Source: Lobosporangium transversale
Lineage: Eukaryota
Assembly (NCBI RefSeq): GCF_002105155.1
Contig: NW_019028988.1
Span: 744,001 to 808,000 of the forward strand
DNA length: 64,000 bases
Direction of reading: 5' to 3'
In this document: positions 25,441 through 39,442 of the stretch, one piece after another
Layout: each line of letters starts with the position of its first letter
Numbering within the stretch: the first letter of the stretch is position 1
Translations under genes and position numbers: made by a program
The notes under the pieces: generated by a model
Told to the model about the DNA's origin: nothing
Database searches by the model: none
What the model saw: the letters and a program-made list of their open reading frames with translations, nothing else

Positions 25441-27420
25441 TCATGAAAAATCTCTCAATGATGAAGGATTCCCCAGAGTTGGCACTGCCACGCTCTCTGG
25501 AGAAGCAGACGCCATGGAAGTAGTTGCTGCTGTGGCAGCTTCTCTCATCTGCATTGTAGCTTTTGAACGATCAATCTCCTTTCTCAACTGGGTAGGGATC
25601 TTCTTGCCCATCCGGCTCATAACCTCTTCCAACGGCTTGGCCCTGTATGAGCTCACTTCATAATGAACCTCCACTCCATTAGTCAGTTTGACCTGACCAA
25701 TTGTCCCAACAGCGCGACAGATTGAATCCATAGGAGATAGATTAATGTGACGCGTCACTGCATCGCGCCTTGAAAGATTGGATTTGCATCCCACACAGTT
25801 CCAAAGCAACTTGTCATGGATCGATTCAATATGACGGGCCAACACAGCAAGGCCTGCAAAGCACTGTCCGCATTTGGGACATTGATGCGATGATGACGAG
25901 GAAGATGTCGACGATGATGAGGTGTTTGGGCCCATGCGCAAAGTATTATGATTGGAGGTCTCACGAAGGTTAGAAGTGCGTCGGTAGGGCTGAGAGCCCA
26001 CAGAGGAGTTGGAAGACGTAGATGATTTACGAGAACGGATGGTTAGACTCGATGAGTTGTTCTTATCGGACTCTAGCCGTCTGGTACGGCGCTCGGATAA
26101 GTAAGCATCATAAGCCACTGTCGTAAGGGTAGCAGTGACAGGTGGGAACGAAGGCGAAGCAGCTCGAGAGGAATCACAAGAGGCGGCCGCCAATTCCGAA
26201 TAAGCATATGTGGATAAAGGTGGTGATGCAAAAAGTGGCGTCGATGAGCCTGAAGAGGAGCTGGATTCGATCGGAGAGGAAACCATGCTGCCCCATGAAG
26301 GTGGGCAATAGTTAAAATACCCTTGCTGGCATGTCTGAACAATATCATTGGCAGCAGTCATGGAAGGTGAGGCGACCGCCGAGGCCGAAGATGATGAGTA
26401 GTGGTGATGACCTGGCTCAAACGATGGAGACTGCTCCCATTGCAAAGAAGGCTGTTTAGAAAAGCCAGCATCGAATAAGGGAGTGCTTGGCTGAGCCATT
26501 CGCGACTCGGCCATGACATGTACTGGGGATCTGGGCTGCTGTTGTGAGCGCTGGGGTTGACCATATCTTGGATCATACTGGAGAGACGGTATCAACCCCT
26601 GTTGCGGGATTGCTTGCTGCTGCGAAGCTGCCATGGGTTGCTGCTGAATATCATACAACGCACTCATGGGGCTGCCCTCAGTAGTCTGTGCTACCGTTGC
26701 CGTTTGAGAGGTAGGAGGGAAAGGCCATGAGTCTGGATTAGAAGAGGAGGCTGGGGTTGTTCTGCCTTGAAGGCCGGTAGCAGTAGTAGTGGTGGTTATG
26801 CTTGTAACAGGACGCTGCTGCTGTGGCTGGACCACAAGCATACGTGACATGTTATTGAACATGTAATCCATTCGGTTGGACATGGAGGGGACAATGGGTG
26901 TTGATCCTTCTACGTCAGTAGTAGAGATAGAAGTAGACTGCGAAGGAAGGAGGTAAGAGGGGCTAGTGCTGTTGTTGGTACTGTTGTTATTTTTGCTGTT
27001 ATCGATACTACGATGAGTTGATGGTAATGAAGATGATGCTGCACCCCCTTTGAGGTCTCCTTCTGGGCTTTGATTGGCAGAATTGATCGGCGCAGATCCT
27101 ATAGATAGATCATCCAGGGATGAATGTGCGATTCCCGAATCACGTCGAATATTGATTAGACTAGAATGGTCACTATCGCTATTCGTGTTCGTGGCTTGCT
27201 GCTGGGTTGATACTGGCATGTTGCTGTCATCATGGTTATTGTTAAGGTAACCCTGACAATGCGACATGCCATACATGGTTGGAACTTGGAGATGGCTATA
27301 GTATGCCATTGACTGTTGAGCCTGGTCTTGTAATTGAAGCTGTTGCGGATGCAGCTGCTGTTGCTGTTGAAATGTAGGCTGTTCAGATTGGTGTTGTTGG
27401 TATTGAAGATAATGTGACAT
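25441..27420 (-). CDS. Low-complexity Q/S-rich C2H2 zinc-finger protein (putative transcription factor); single coding exon
   Basis: 659-aa ORF with HQCPKCGQCF.....LARHIESIH followed by WNCVGCKSNLSRRDAVTRH. Confidence 0.85.
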   Translation of the reverse strand: MSHYLQYQQHQSEQPTFQQQQQLHPQQLQLQDQAQQSMAYYSHLQVPTMYGMSHCQGYLNNNHDDSNMPVSTQQQATNTNSDSDHSSLINIRRDSGIAHSSLDDLSIGSAPINSANQSPEGDLKGGAASSSLPSTHRSIDNSKNNNSTNNSTSPSYLLPSQSTSISTTDVEGSTPIVPSMSNRMDYMFNNMSRMLVVQPQQQRPVTSITTTTTATGLQGRTTPASSSNPDSWPFPPTSQTATVAQTTEGSPMSALYDIQQQPMAASQQQAIPQQGLIPSLQYDPRYGQPQRSQQQPRSPVHVMAESRMAQPSTPLFDAGFSKQPSLQWEQSPSFEPGHHHYSSSSASAVASPSMTAANDIVQTCQQGYFNYCPPSWGSMVSSPIESSSSSGSSTPLFASPPLSTYAYSELAAASCDSSRAASPSFPPVTATLTTVAYDAYLSERRTRRLESDKNNSSSLTIRSRKSSTSSNSSVGSQPYRRTSNLRETSNHNTLRMGPNTSSSSTSSSSSSHQCPKCGQCFAGLAVLARHIESIHDKLLWNCVGCKSNLSRRDAVTRHINLSPMDSICRAVGTIGQVKLTNGVEVHYEVSSYRAKPLEEVMSRMGKKIPTQLRKEIDRSKATMQMREAATAATTSMASASPESVAVPTLGNPSSLRDFS

Positions 27421-27826
27421 TCTACGAGAAACTTGAGTAAAGGCAATAGAAACGATAGAACCGAAAAAAAAAAAAAAAAAAAAAAAAAAAATAGATCTTA
27501 TCCAAAAAGTAAAAATATAAATATAAAAAAAAAGATTGAAATATATTGTGATCCAAAGTGCACGATTGTTTGGGAGCGTTCTTTTTGGCGAGTAAGTAGA
27601 TCAGAAATCCAATTTGAAGTCCACAACTGAGCAGATGAAAGAGAAAAAGAGCGAAAGAGTGAAAGAGAAACTAACACAATTTAAAAATGATCACAATATC
27701 GAGCACCTGACTGAGAATGAGGAATAAGTAGAAGTACAGCGTAAAGGAAAGCAAAAAGGTAAAATAAAAAGTGAGACAGTTATTGAAGCTGAAGGAGAGA
27801 ATTTGAGGCCAAAAAAAAAAAAAAAA

Positions 27827-27857
<31 letters not shown>

Positions 27858-30398
27858 AAGATTTCGTGAAAGATGAAGACCAAGGAAACAAAAAAAAAAA
27901 AAAAAAAAAAAAACGAGGACCGTGAAAATGGATGAAATAAGAATCGAACAAAGAGAGAAAAGCATAAAAGACGATAAAAGGAGGGGAAGGGGGGCATGGG
28001 GGGTTGATCCTCGAGATACCTTTTTAACCATGAAGGGAAGAACGTCTTCACTTTTATAGTAATCGAGGTGGCCTACTCTTACACAAATAGCTTTTGCGCA
28101 CGAGCAACATACCCATAGTACTTACTATCCAGAACAACGACTCTCATTTCCTTTTCCTTTCATGTACATGTACAAATATTTGGCAACTATGGCTGTCATA
28201 CATGCTTGTTTTTATTTCGCTCTTTATCAAAACGCATTGTGCCTTATTCAATTCAAACTTGGGATGCATGACGATTCAATACTTGCTCTTAACGAAAATC
28301 AAAATCAACATCAGACAATTTTGTTTCTTTTATTACATGTTAGATAGAATGTCCTTTTTTCCATTTCGTGGGCCCTGCACTAAGCTTCGTCGCACGGTGC
28401 AGGTTTTTTTTTTTGTGCTCAATTGGAGAGGTCACTCAAACACACCCTATCCTTCTACTCCTGCTCAGTTTAGGAATAAGTAATTGAATGGACATAAAAT
28501 AGTCTAGCCTAGACAGGGCTGGCGCGCTTAAATAAAGTAATAGAGTCAATTGAACACCTGTAACAAATAGATTGTAAAAGTCTAGTTACATTTTTTTTAA
28601 TCTCTTATTTTTATTTTTATTTTTCTTTTTTCTTTTTTTGGTGCCAATTTATGATAGTTGTTCCTTATAAAGCACGATGCAACATATTACAAGGGCGCGG
28701 GAAATGAAAGGAATGTTTGGATGGTTACTTTTTTTTAAGAAGGATACTTCGTGCCCATACAGTGTTACTTGACTGCCATATGATGTTTGTAATACGTTAC
28801 TTCAGCCTGTCTTTTTTTTTTTGTAAAACAAAGAAAGAGGAGAGTAAAAATGAACCTCCTTGCCTCCTTACGGCCTCTGTTCGTTTGCCGGTTAAAAAAT
28901 CTACTTTTTTTGTAGCAGGATTCTATATTTGCAGTGCTGCCGAGTCAGTTGAACTGAACTGGGGTTGGGATGAAGGAATGGAAGAGCAACCAAGTCCCTC
29001 ATCCCCCTTATGCTTGACATTGTATTTCTGGTCTTTTTTTTTTTTTTTGAAGGCGCGTAATCTTTTATTCCAATTCAAGTTAGTTACTAAAAAATGTTGG
29101 TGGTTCCATAAGGACCATAACAGGTTATAAGTATAAAAAAAACTTTTCCTCTCTGTCTTTATTGCGACGCGTTTCTTCTTCATAGGACAGATGAAGATAC
29201 AAGCCTCAAATAAAATAATGAACAGAATTTAAAAAAAAGATTCTCTAATGATGAGACAGAATGATTGAAATATATCCAGCTTTGAAGCGATTGAATAGTC
29301 CTAATTAAAAATATGGTGTAGTTGCACAAAGGAGGTGTTTGCTTTTTTTGAATTTACTCACCCTTTTTTTGAGTGCATACAGAAGTAAGAAAGGTTGACA
29401 TGCTGCCAGGCTAGTTTTTCCTGCCTTTTGTTTAAAAAAAAAAAAAAAAGGGAAGGCAGTGGGAGTCGTTCTATATATTTTTGATATTGAATGTATTCTA
29501 TTCATTTTGTTTTTTGGACACTTGCTCAATCATCTGCTTAGATTCGAGTCAATCCCTACTTATCGTTGTGCCTTATTCTCTTGTCTATGCGGTAATCATC
29601 GCATAATACCCACAACATACACTATGGTGGGATGTGTGATACCAATTAAAAAGTTTTGAGGCGTTGATTGAGCCATCAATAAACAGCTAATTATCGTCAG
29701 AGCCAACAACTGTTCAGCTCGCGATAATTTTGTTTCTTCCCTTCAGAACTGACATACAAAATGTTTGCTACATACATGCATACATCTCTGCCTCAAATCT
29801 CATGTAGATGTGTGGAAGTAGAGGAGAGCCACGGTCAGCTTCATACATACGTTGTGTGATAGATCTTATCAGGGTCTCAAACTCAGGTCTTTTTTATATT
29901 TGTATACCTGACAGTTGTTCTGATGTCCTAACATGACAATTTCCTCAGACTGAACATGACCATTTGAACTATCCAGATCTCAATATTGTATCTGTTTACA
30001 ATCAGACGCGACAATAATTTGAATAGAATACATGCACCAAGCAATGTCTGTCCCCTCTAATCCACATGGTTGGGGCAATGTATTATTTTATTCCAACTCC
30101 CTCCTACACTAAAGTAGTGATTCTATGGTTCTTTGGACATTGTTTAAGGGACATGTACAAAAAGTCTTGTAGAAGTCATACTCATTAAGGTTAAGCACTA
30201 GACATGGAAATCTCTCTGCAAAGCTTTGTTGAACCCAATCTCTCTTTGTTGATAGTTCTAGGCTTTGTTTCCATGTAGCTCTTAGCTTATTCCTTTTAGC
30301 GTTGCATGCATTTTCTTTCCATGTGAATAATTCTATTGTATTCAAAGATGTGTGTTTTTCGATTGTTCTAGAGTACAAAGCATTTTACATGTTCGGAT

Positions 30399-30430
<32 letters not shown>

Positions 30431-30747
30431 CTTTTCTTTTTGGTTAGAAATAGTTGAGAGCAAAGAATTGTGCATACCAAAGAAATGAAGTTAGAATGAG
30501 GTCCCTTCGGAGATTTTAAAGAGGGTGGTCTGTGGGGTATAGTATCAAGGAGGGGACCAGGTCCAAACATAAAAAAGTAGTTAATATGTTCATTCATAAA
30601 TCTGCCTATATATTTTTAACATGAATAAACACATGTTTTTGTATACAAATATAACCTTGGGTGCCTGATTTCTACTCCTCCTTTTCCCCTCAGAGGAGGC
30701 GATCATCCTCCATGCCTTTCCTTTTAGCTTCGCACTTGTAGATGGGG

Positions 30748-30778
<31 letters not shown>

Positions 30779-30955
30779 CTTTGTGAAATATACTATGGAT
30801 AATGGTCGTTCCTTATACTGCTATCCTGCATATGGACTATACAGGCAGGAGGATGGTAGTTTCATTCAGAGAGAAAAAAAAAACAACAAGCATGATGGAC
30901 TGATGGACCGTGAGCCTTGAGCCTTGAGCCTTCGTTTTGAGCCCTATTATGGCGT

Positions 30956-30986
<31 letters not shown>

Positions 30987-31906
30987 TAACAGTAGCCCTC
31001 CACATCGTTCATACGAGTAGCGAGTAGCCTCACGCGTGCCATCTATTTTTTTTTTATTATTATTATTCTTCTAGATTTCCTTCCACAACCATCATCTGGA
31101 TAGACGTTTCTTTTTTCGTTTATTAAGCCCTTTGTTTTTTCTATCCTACGATTTCTTTCATGTCCTTTTTAGTCCATCTGATGCTCGCAAAAAACAAAGA
31201 AGGCCCTTTTTTTTTACGGTCAGGCCACCTGGCTCACGGACCCTAAATCTTAGAGAGCCCTTTTCATTTCCAAGTCCCGGGACCCTGGTAATAATTTCAA
31301 CGCTTTGTTTCTTCTTTTTTTATTTTATTTTTTATTTTTATCATTCATGGGACCCTCAGACTCCTTCCACTCCTCTTCCTTAACCTCCTACCCGTCTCCT
31401 TTCTACTCTGGTGATAGTTAACGGTCCTTTGGATCAAATAAAACATGACAAAACGAGTAGTTACTGTGAACAGAAGAGAACAAATGTTACCTCATGTACA
31501 CGTACTTTCACTGTCATCGTGGACAGATAGATTGGTGAAGGGAAGAGGAGCCGGTAGAATACAGTAAATTGAAAGAGATGAGTATGCATGGTGGGGCGCA
31601 TGGTTTGCGCTCAATGACGGGGCGGGTTAGAAATGGTTCTCCGCTTGTGATTGGTGCACTCTATCATAAGAAATGAATCAAAAAATAGGACCTCTTTACC
31701 TGTCATTTCTGTCCCCTTTCTTTTCACAAATAGAAACAAACAACATCCACCTCCACCAAATAACCACCACCCCCTGTCTTTCTACATTCATACACCTGCA
31801 CCTGCGCTTGAACCCCCTCCACCACGACTGTCATCATCTTTACCAGTATTCATTTAACTTGCTCTGACGCATCTCAACACAGACGCAACGTAAGAGTAGT
31901 ATTATT

Positions 31907-31940
<34 letters not shown>

Positions 31941-32419
31941 TTCATGTTATTTTATAAGGATATAGTACAAGTATCGATTTGATTCGTGTGCAATCAAACT
32001 TCGCCTTTTACCGTTTTACGCATTGTCACGTTATCAAATATTTATTAACTTTTTGTATATATTTATGTTTTTACTTTTCCAGCTGATAGCAAATCGTTTT
32101 TCCGGCGCTCGGATCTAACTTAAAAAATATCCGCGACTGTTGATTTGCTTTTTTCGTGAGCCAGGATAGGATCGTCACGATAGAGGGGAACAATAAATCT
32201 TTTTTTTTTTTTCCTCGGATTAAGAGATCTTGTGTTTTTTTTTTAAGAAAGTACCATGAAGGTTATAGCCAAAAAGAAAAAAAAAAAAGACTTGATCAGT
32301 GGAACCATGTCCATGGATATTATCTATTAATTTTTTTTTTATATTTACACATCACTTGTCTCAATTGTTATAGACTAGTCACTTTTTGCCTCTCATTTTT
32401 CTGACGCCTGGTCGCTTGA

Positions 32420-32450
<31 letters not shown>

Positions 32451-35311
32451 GATGTGCTGTATATGGATCATGAATCCATCTCTCTTTCCATCTTTCAATC
32501 CAATTAAAGATCTATTCAGAGTCATTACCCCTTTCTTTCTTCAACTAAATAAGGCTGTCAATCCTATTTTGGATAACATGATCAAAAAGTTTGTTCAATG
32601 GAAGAGCTTAATCTGCAATGCGACATGCTTGTCCAAATGTAGATCACACGCGTGGTGTCTTAATCTATATACTGTATGTATATACTATCATTTTACTTTT
32701 CCCTATATAATAACGATAACAAGAAAGAAGGGAGAAAAGAAACTTTGGCCTTTTTTTCCCTAGGAAAAACATGCACATGACTAATATTTATATCCATATT
32801 TATATGAATATATATATGAATATATATATAAAAGCATTATATCTTTTCTGAATAGCATAATGTTTTACTCTACTTTTCCTTTATATTTCTTTCCTCGTTC
32901 TTTCTTTTTTCCCTTTTCAGTTCCCCCTATTTTCCTCCGCATGCTTTCTATAACACTTCGTGATAGAATAGTCTCAACCCCCCCATCTTCCTTTTGTTTT
33001 AGTGCCTATTAACAAAGACTTGGGGAGGATTGCGGAGGAGGAATAAAATAGAATAAAATATAATAAAATAAAGTGAAATAAAGTGAAACCAAGTCTCGAC
33101 ACAAGGCACGAAAGAAATAAGCTTTTTATCCAGACCAGACGTAACTTTTTTTTTTTAGTTTGCTACGCCCACTCTTGCACCAGAAAGCTTGAGTATTCCT
33201 TTTGGCAAACCTTTCTTTCTTTCTTTCTTTTTTTTTTTTTTTTTTTTTTTTTCATGCATGCATGGAAAAGTGGTAAGGAAACGCGACAGAAGAAAAAAAA
33301 AAGCATACTCATGATCCAATAACCAAAATATATAATAAACATAATACAGTAAGATATCTTGTTAATGACCAAGAAAATCATGCAAAAAAAGCTCTTTCTT
33401 GTTTCTTTCCCTAGATTACAAAGTGTGTAGCCTACAAATATAGACTATCTATTTTTTTTTTCTTTGGTTCTAGTACGCATTGGTACCAAAAACAAAAAAA
33501 AAAAAAAAAAAAAAAAAAAAGGTTTTTCCATCTATGCGTGATTGAACGTGCATATTGAGGCAACGAAGAGAAAAGGCCTACTTTATACTTGGCAGGAGTC
33601 GAATAAGCAAACATTATAATCACGACATACCACTTGCCAAAAAGGAAAAGAGGTAATAAAATACGCATGATTTGATGCCTGCCATCCATCTGTTCACTTT
33701 TTGTCTTTTATTTGATTCGTTCTTTTTTGAGGAAAAAAAAAAAAAAAAAAAAAAAAGTCCTGTAGTTGGTTGATTTTCTTCTAGGATTGATGGACAAAGC
33801 GCGTCATTGACGTCAAGGAAAGGATCACTTAAAAATAAAGTAAAATAAACAGACAAATTATTAACCGAGCGATAAATGAGAGGCTATCGGCCTAGAAGAT
33901 GAATTGAATAGAAAAAAAAAAAATTGAAAAAAATATTGCCATAATGCAAAATGACGATTGGAAAGAGCTTTTTGCTTTCATATTGAAAGCCTTTTTTTTA
34001 ATATTGCTTTTTTGGTTCATGGAAATTCTTGCATCCGAATGAGAAGATCTAGTCTTCAGTTTGGTCCAACCCGCTTGGTTACTACCTCCCGCTTTCCTTT
34101 TTTTTTTTTTTTTTTTTATTTTATTTTATTTTATTTTTATTCATTTCAATTCCTTTTGTAAAATATATTCCTTATCATTCGACAGTAGCGGCTCAAAAGA
34201 ATGATAAAACAATAAAAAAAAAGCAATAAGGAAAAAAAAAAGAAGGATTTTCTTTCCTAAATAGCAATTGGGTACCCTATGGTCATTGCTATTGTTTATG
34301 TGGAAGTGAATGTGTATGTAATTTCTTTTTTTTTTTAAAAAAAAAAAAAAAGAGCCTGAAATGTTGGCGCGTTTATTCATTTATCATAACGCGTCTCATA
34401 GAATGTCTGAAATAACTTGGACCAATCAGAGTTGTAGACACAGAGCAAAGCCACTCTCTACTTCCAATAAATAAAGGCTTGTCCTTGCCTCACTATCCTG
34501 ACTCTCCTATCCTATCCTATCCTTCCCCAACGACTTGGTGACTCAACATCCTTTTAGGCTCTAAGTTTGCAGCAAAAAAAAAAAAAAAAAAAAGACAGAG
34601 CTTTGCATGATCCAATGTCCTATGTAATATCATAAATAAATTTTTATTAAGTATTTTTTAATTTTTCCTCATTTATTGACTTGCAAACGTCCTAATGACG
34701 ACATTCGCAAGGATAAGTTTTTTTTATTTTTTTTTATTTTTATTTTTATTTTTATTTTTATTTTTTTTTTTGGTTTTTCTCATTTTTTTATTTTTTTTTT
34801 TACTACATTTTCTATATATTTGTCCTTCCTATGGGAAATAAAATATATAAAAATATATCAAATAAATTTCTAGACCTTTTTGTTTTTCCCAAACTTGTTT
34901 ATCACTCAAACAGGAGACACGACTGCACTTTACGCTGCTTGACCGTCAGAATGATGGTTTTGAAAAGAAAAGGAAATAATAGCCTGAAAAAAAGATATAA
35001 AAAAAAAGAAAGAAAGAAAGAAAAAGAAAAAAGGAAGAGGAAGGAGTCAAATGGCAGAAACATATTGTCGTTAAAAAAAAAAAAAAAATCAAAAAAGAAA
35101 AAAAAAATCCACAACTGTTGATAAATAAAATGTAAGGTGTTGTGAAAGTCTTCCTTATGGAATGGGGTTCAAAATATTAACTTATAAGAGATAATGGGTA
35201 TTTTTTTTTTTCTGCAAGTTTGCATACTCTGTCAAAATTGAAATATGATATTGGCGAATGGCTATAGGAAGGGGAAATGACAAGAAAAAATCACAAGAGT
35301 ATAAATTGTCT

Positions 35312-36364
35312 TTAAACAGCAGCTACAACAGGATGATACATGTGGAGAGGATCTGTGTTCTCCTTGGATGCTGCGGCCTGTTCAGCGATCGTCTTGCCTG
35401 TCAACACACGAGGAGACGGAGTAGGTCCTGTGTGCAAGAAGCGAGACGCGTTGGACTCTCGTCGAACTTTGGATTGGCCGTTATCCAAGCCACCCTTGTT
35501 GATTTGGAAAAGATTGGGCACAGCCGACGATGAAATCACCTGTGTAACCTGATGCTCGGGAAGCTCCAGGGTAAAGATGGCATACGAATGTGTAATGTTG
35601 GCAGTCGATGACGAATTGGCATGCATCTGGTAAGGGCTGTTGGGATGGGCAGCAGGGGAAGGCATACCTCTATCGACCACAGTCTCTGAATCGGGAGCAC
35701 CAGCTGACATGCCACTATGACTTGTGTTGATTCTCTTTAGAGCACGAGGGTCGGAGCGAGAGCGAGAGTCGGAGCGAGAGCGATTCTCACTACCAGAGCG
35801 ACGCTCACCATAGCCAAGTTTAAGGGAGTGCATAATGCTCTCCTCAAGAATAGTGCGATGCCAGACATGGGATTGGTACTGGTCGGTAGTCGGGTAGTCA
35901 GTGGGGTTAACATCGTAGTACGATTTGCGGGAACGAGCCGTTGACACATGAGTGGTGCTTGAGTAGACAGATGCTCTATTCTCAGACTGTGGAGATGGCT
36001 GTCGCTGGCTACGGATGCTCAAAATGCTTTTTTGACTACCACTATTTCTTCGCTTCTTCTTGTTGTCATGCTGCTGATCCTGTGCTTCAGGACCGACCTT
36101 TCGAGAGAGGACATTGACTGTGGCACGGTCCTCAGACGAACTTCTGTTACGACCCTCGAGCGTAAAAATCGATGAGAGACGATTCTGCGGGGAAGGACGA
36201 TGCTGCTTCACTGTCTCTGTAGTAATAGATACAGGTGATACAGGTGAAAGGTCAGTGAGGCTTGCTTCACTCACACTCGAATCATCGCGGGAGGTGCTCA
36301 TTCGACGGCCAATTTTGGTCGAGGATCTGAGATAGTTTTTGGTTGATTCCAACAAATGTGGCAT
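35312..36364 (-). CDS. Hypothetical S/R-rich, largely disordered protein
   Basis: 350-aa ATG-initiated ORF that is GC-richer than its flanks. No family was recognised. Confidence 0.7.
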   Translation of the reverse strand: MPHLLESTKNYLRSSTKIGRRMSTSRDDSSVSEASLTDLSPVSPVSITTETVKQHRPSPQNRLSSIFTLEGRNRSSSEDRATVNVLSRKVGPEAQDQQHDNKKKRRNSGSQKSILSIRSQRQPSPQSENRASVYSSTTHVSTARSRKSYYDVNPTDYPTTDQYQSHVWHRTILEESIMHSLKLGYGERRSGSENRSRSDSRSRSDPRALKRINTSHSGMSAGAPDSETVVDRGMPSPAAHPNSPYQMHANSSSTANITHSYAIFTLELPEHQVTQVISSSAVPNLFQINKGGLDNGQSKVRRESNASRFLHTGPTPSPRVLTGKTIAEQAAASKENTDPLHMYHPVVAAV

Positions 36365-37337
36365 GGCTCTGTTTTTCTTTTTTTAATTCTTTCTTTGATT
36401 TCCGTTGGGGGTGCTAGACGCTGACGATACTTTCAAGATGAGATAATCGACAAGGTCTAAGCGGAAGAAAGACTGCGAAGCACAATTAAAATTGAAGACG
36501 GGAAAAAGATGGTAAGTTGATTGATTCTACAGTACAGGACTTTAAGAAGGATATATGATATTAAATCAATAAGAAAACAAAGACAGAAGATGAAAGGAGA
36601 CAGGTGGTCGCTATAAAGTGACCAGTAACTTTTTTTTTTTTTTTTTTTTAACACAAAAAAGACCCTGAAGATAAGAAAAGGGAAGGGAAAAAAAAAAAAA
36701 AAACAGGAGTACTTTTAAGCAGTTGAAGGGCCGTTATTAAAAATAAAAAAGGAGGGAAGTTTGGATGGTGAGAGAGAGAAAGAGCATGAACGTTTATGGA
36801 GAAAGGGAGAAAGCTGTCTTACAGGAAAAGGAAGTCTTTTTTTGGTCGAGAGCCACTTGTCCAGAATTAGCACAGCAAACAAAAAGATGGAAATGAGGTA
36901 GTGATGAAAGAGAGATGACGAACGTTAATCAATGAGGTGGAAGGAAGGGAATAAAAAAAACTATCGTTGATAGCTAAACAAAAAGGAAATAGGGTGTTGA
37001 TGAGAGTGATGGGGTTGGTTGTCTTTTCTCTTATCCTAATGGAAGAAGGGAAAAGGAAGAAAAGGAACAAGGAATCGCCAGAGGCTGCGGGCATGCACAC
37101 ACTGAAATACTATCTCTCCTACACATTTTTCCACTTTCCATCAATTCTTGATTGAGCCACATCCACAGATGTGCACACAGGCACACACAAACACGAACCG
37201 TCTCACATTAATATTTCATCTTGGCAAAATGTAGTGGACATGCGTAAAGTATATATTTTTAATAAATTTAAAAAGGGAATGGCATCAAATAAATAGCAAA
37301 GCAGTTGAATTTGAGTTCTGATTTCAAGTGAGCCAAG

Positions 37338-37369
<32 letters not shown>

Positions 37370-38470
37370 ATAAAGCTTGTGTGTGGGTTAGCGGTTAGAA
37401 CAGGGGTCCCAGGTTGGGGAAGGGCAATGTCGAGTGTCAATCGACTGCAGTGCATGCATACATGTACAATTCACAGAATTGACTTCAGTTTCTTGCTTGC
37501 CCATGATCAAACAGCTGCATCATTTATTCTTTTTCCCGAGGCTGGCAAATCCTAATGGTAAAAAATAGCACTTATGGAATCCCGCTCATTTTCTTGCAGC
37601 ATGTGCGCCTTTCTCGGAAGAAAGGAAAGGAAAGAAAAAAAAACCATTGAAACACATTCATGTAAATATAAACTGACAAGACCAAATAACAGAATATTTG
37701 CTTCTGTTTTGTTTATTTGTTAATGGGTGATGACAAAATCATCTCTTTTGCAGTTCTCAGTGTCCTACTGTTCCGAGCGCTCTTACTCTCTTACTCTGGC
37801 GTCTTTATACCGAAAATAAAAAAATAGATGGCCCAAAAACGCTGTTGTGTATATTTTTGATCCAGAGACCAGTTTTCTCCCACAATGTGGAAGGAGCCGA
37901 ACAAAATGCTCAAGCCTTCAAAAGCTGCTCATGGCTCCATTGGCCCCATGGTATAAAAATGTGGTATGACCTCGTGACTAACTGTTAATATCTTTTTTTT
38001 GTAAAGAACCCCACAAATATCTTAGTGTCTAACATTTTAATCTTGGTTATTTTTATTTTTATTTTACCATGTGCATAACTACGTACATGAACATGTACCA
38101 TGGACATGTTTCTTGTAAACGCATCAATGAGAATTTATTCCTTGGATCTTTGGATTCATCAGCAGACATTTGTCCCACGCTCGATCTTCTCACACCTCAC
38201 ATCAATAGATGATAGATGGCACTGTTGGTCTCGTGCAGCAAAAAGACTACTTTTTTCATTCAACAGTCATATTCAAATCCCTTAAATTGGTGAAAATGCC
38301 TTACCAAGTTTTCAAGACCTTCCAAGTATCAAGGACCTTGAAGTTTTGAGAGAGTCAGCTCAATCTCAATATCATTTAATCTTCGCCATAATGCAAAAAA
38401 GTTTTTTGAAAGACTGAGACATAATGTACATTTCTTGATAAATCTTCTAGTCAGAAAACAAGTAGCCATT

Positions 38471-38513
<43 letters not shown>

Positions 38514-38534
38514 GAACTGGTATAATATTTTATC

Positions 38535-39243
38535 TTATTCATCAGAATGTTGCAGTTTCAACATGACTTCAAGGAAATGTGGATCGTTCGCCCAGTCTAC
38601 GTTACTCTCAAGTAAAAGTCCCTGCCCGTAATTTGGAAATATAAAGTATACACTTTTTATATTAATGTAATGAACGAACGGTCTGCATTATTCTGGCCCT
38701 TGCTTATTTTTTTCTGAATATGTAGTTATTACCTGTAACACATTGGCTAGGACATTATATTTAATCATAATCTTTTTTAACTCCTCTTTCATTCTATAGA
38801 TTAAAAAAATAAAAACGTGTGAAAATAGAATTAAAATAAAATATAATAAATGGTAAAATTTGGCGTTCAAACATACTTCTTAGTTTTTTGTTGATTAGCA
38901 CTAGTATCAGTGGTCTTAGAGGCCTCTTTGGCTTCTCTAGACTCATCTGATAACAGTTGTAGCACTTTACGATTTTCATCTTGAAGATCTAATGTTCATG
39001 AAGTAAATAAAAAAAAAGTAAACAAGAAATATATTCCTTGGCTTTTTTTTTTTTTTTTTTTTTTTTTTCATGATCAATCAAAGAGTATCCAGAATCAAGA
39101 TAGAATATACCTAACGTCTTGCGTTGAGTTTCTGAAAGATCATGCCGTGTCCGCTGTAATTCTTTATGTATATGAAGGTACTGTGATACTGCATCATCTC
39201 GTTCCTGGATTGCACTGGCAAGAGCCCTAACAATTTTTTTATT

Positions 39244-39276
<33 letters not shown>

Positions 39277-39408
39277 CGATCAATAATGGGTACAAACTAA
39301 TCATCCATATTTTATTGTGAACGGAAGAAAAGAAAAGATATTATAATGTACCTTTCATCATGATCATCCTTAAATAGACTTTTGAGAATTATATGATATG
39401 CGTGTGCG

Positions 39409-39442
<34 letters not shown>

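Noticed and set aside
20114..27420. CoA-transferase + FAD monooxygenase + zinc-finger factor as a metabolic gene cluster
   Set aside because: There is no backbone enzyme, transporter or shared motif, and adjacency alone is insufficient.
27433..35121. Many 60-140-aa ORFs rich in poly-Phe or poly-Lys
   Set aside because: They are artefacts of poly(T)/poly(A) runs and show no coding signal.
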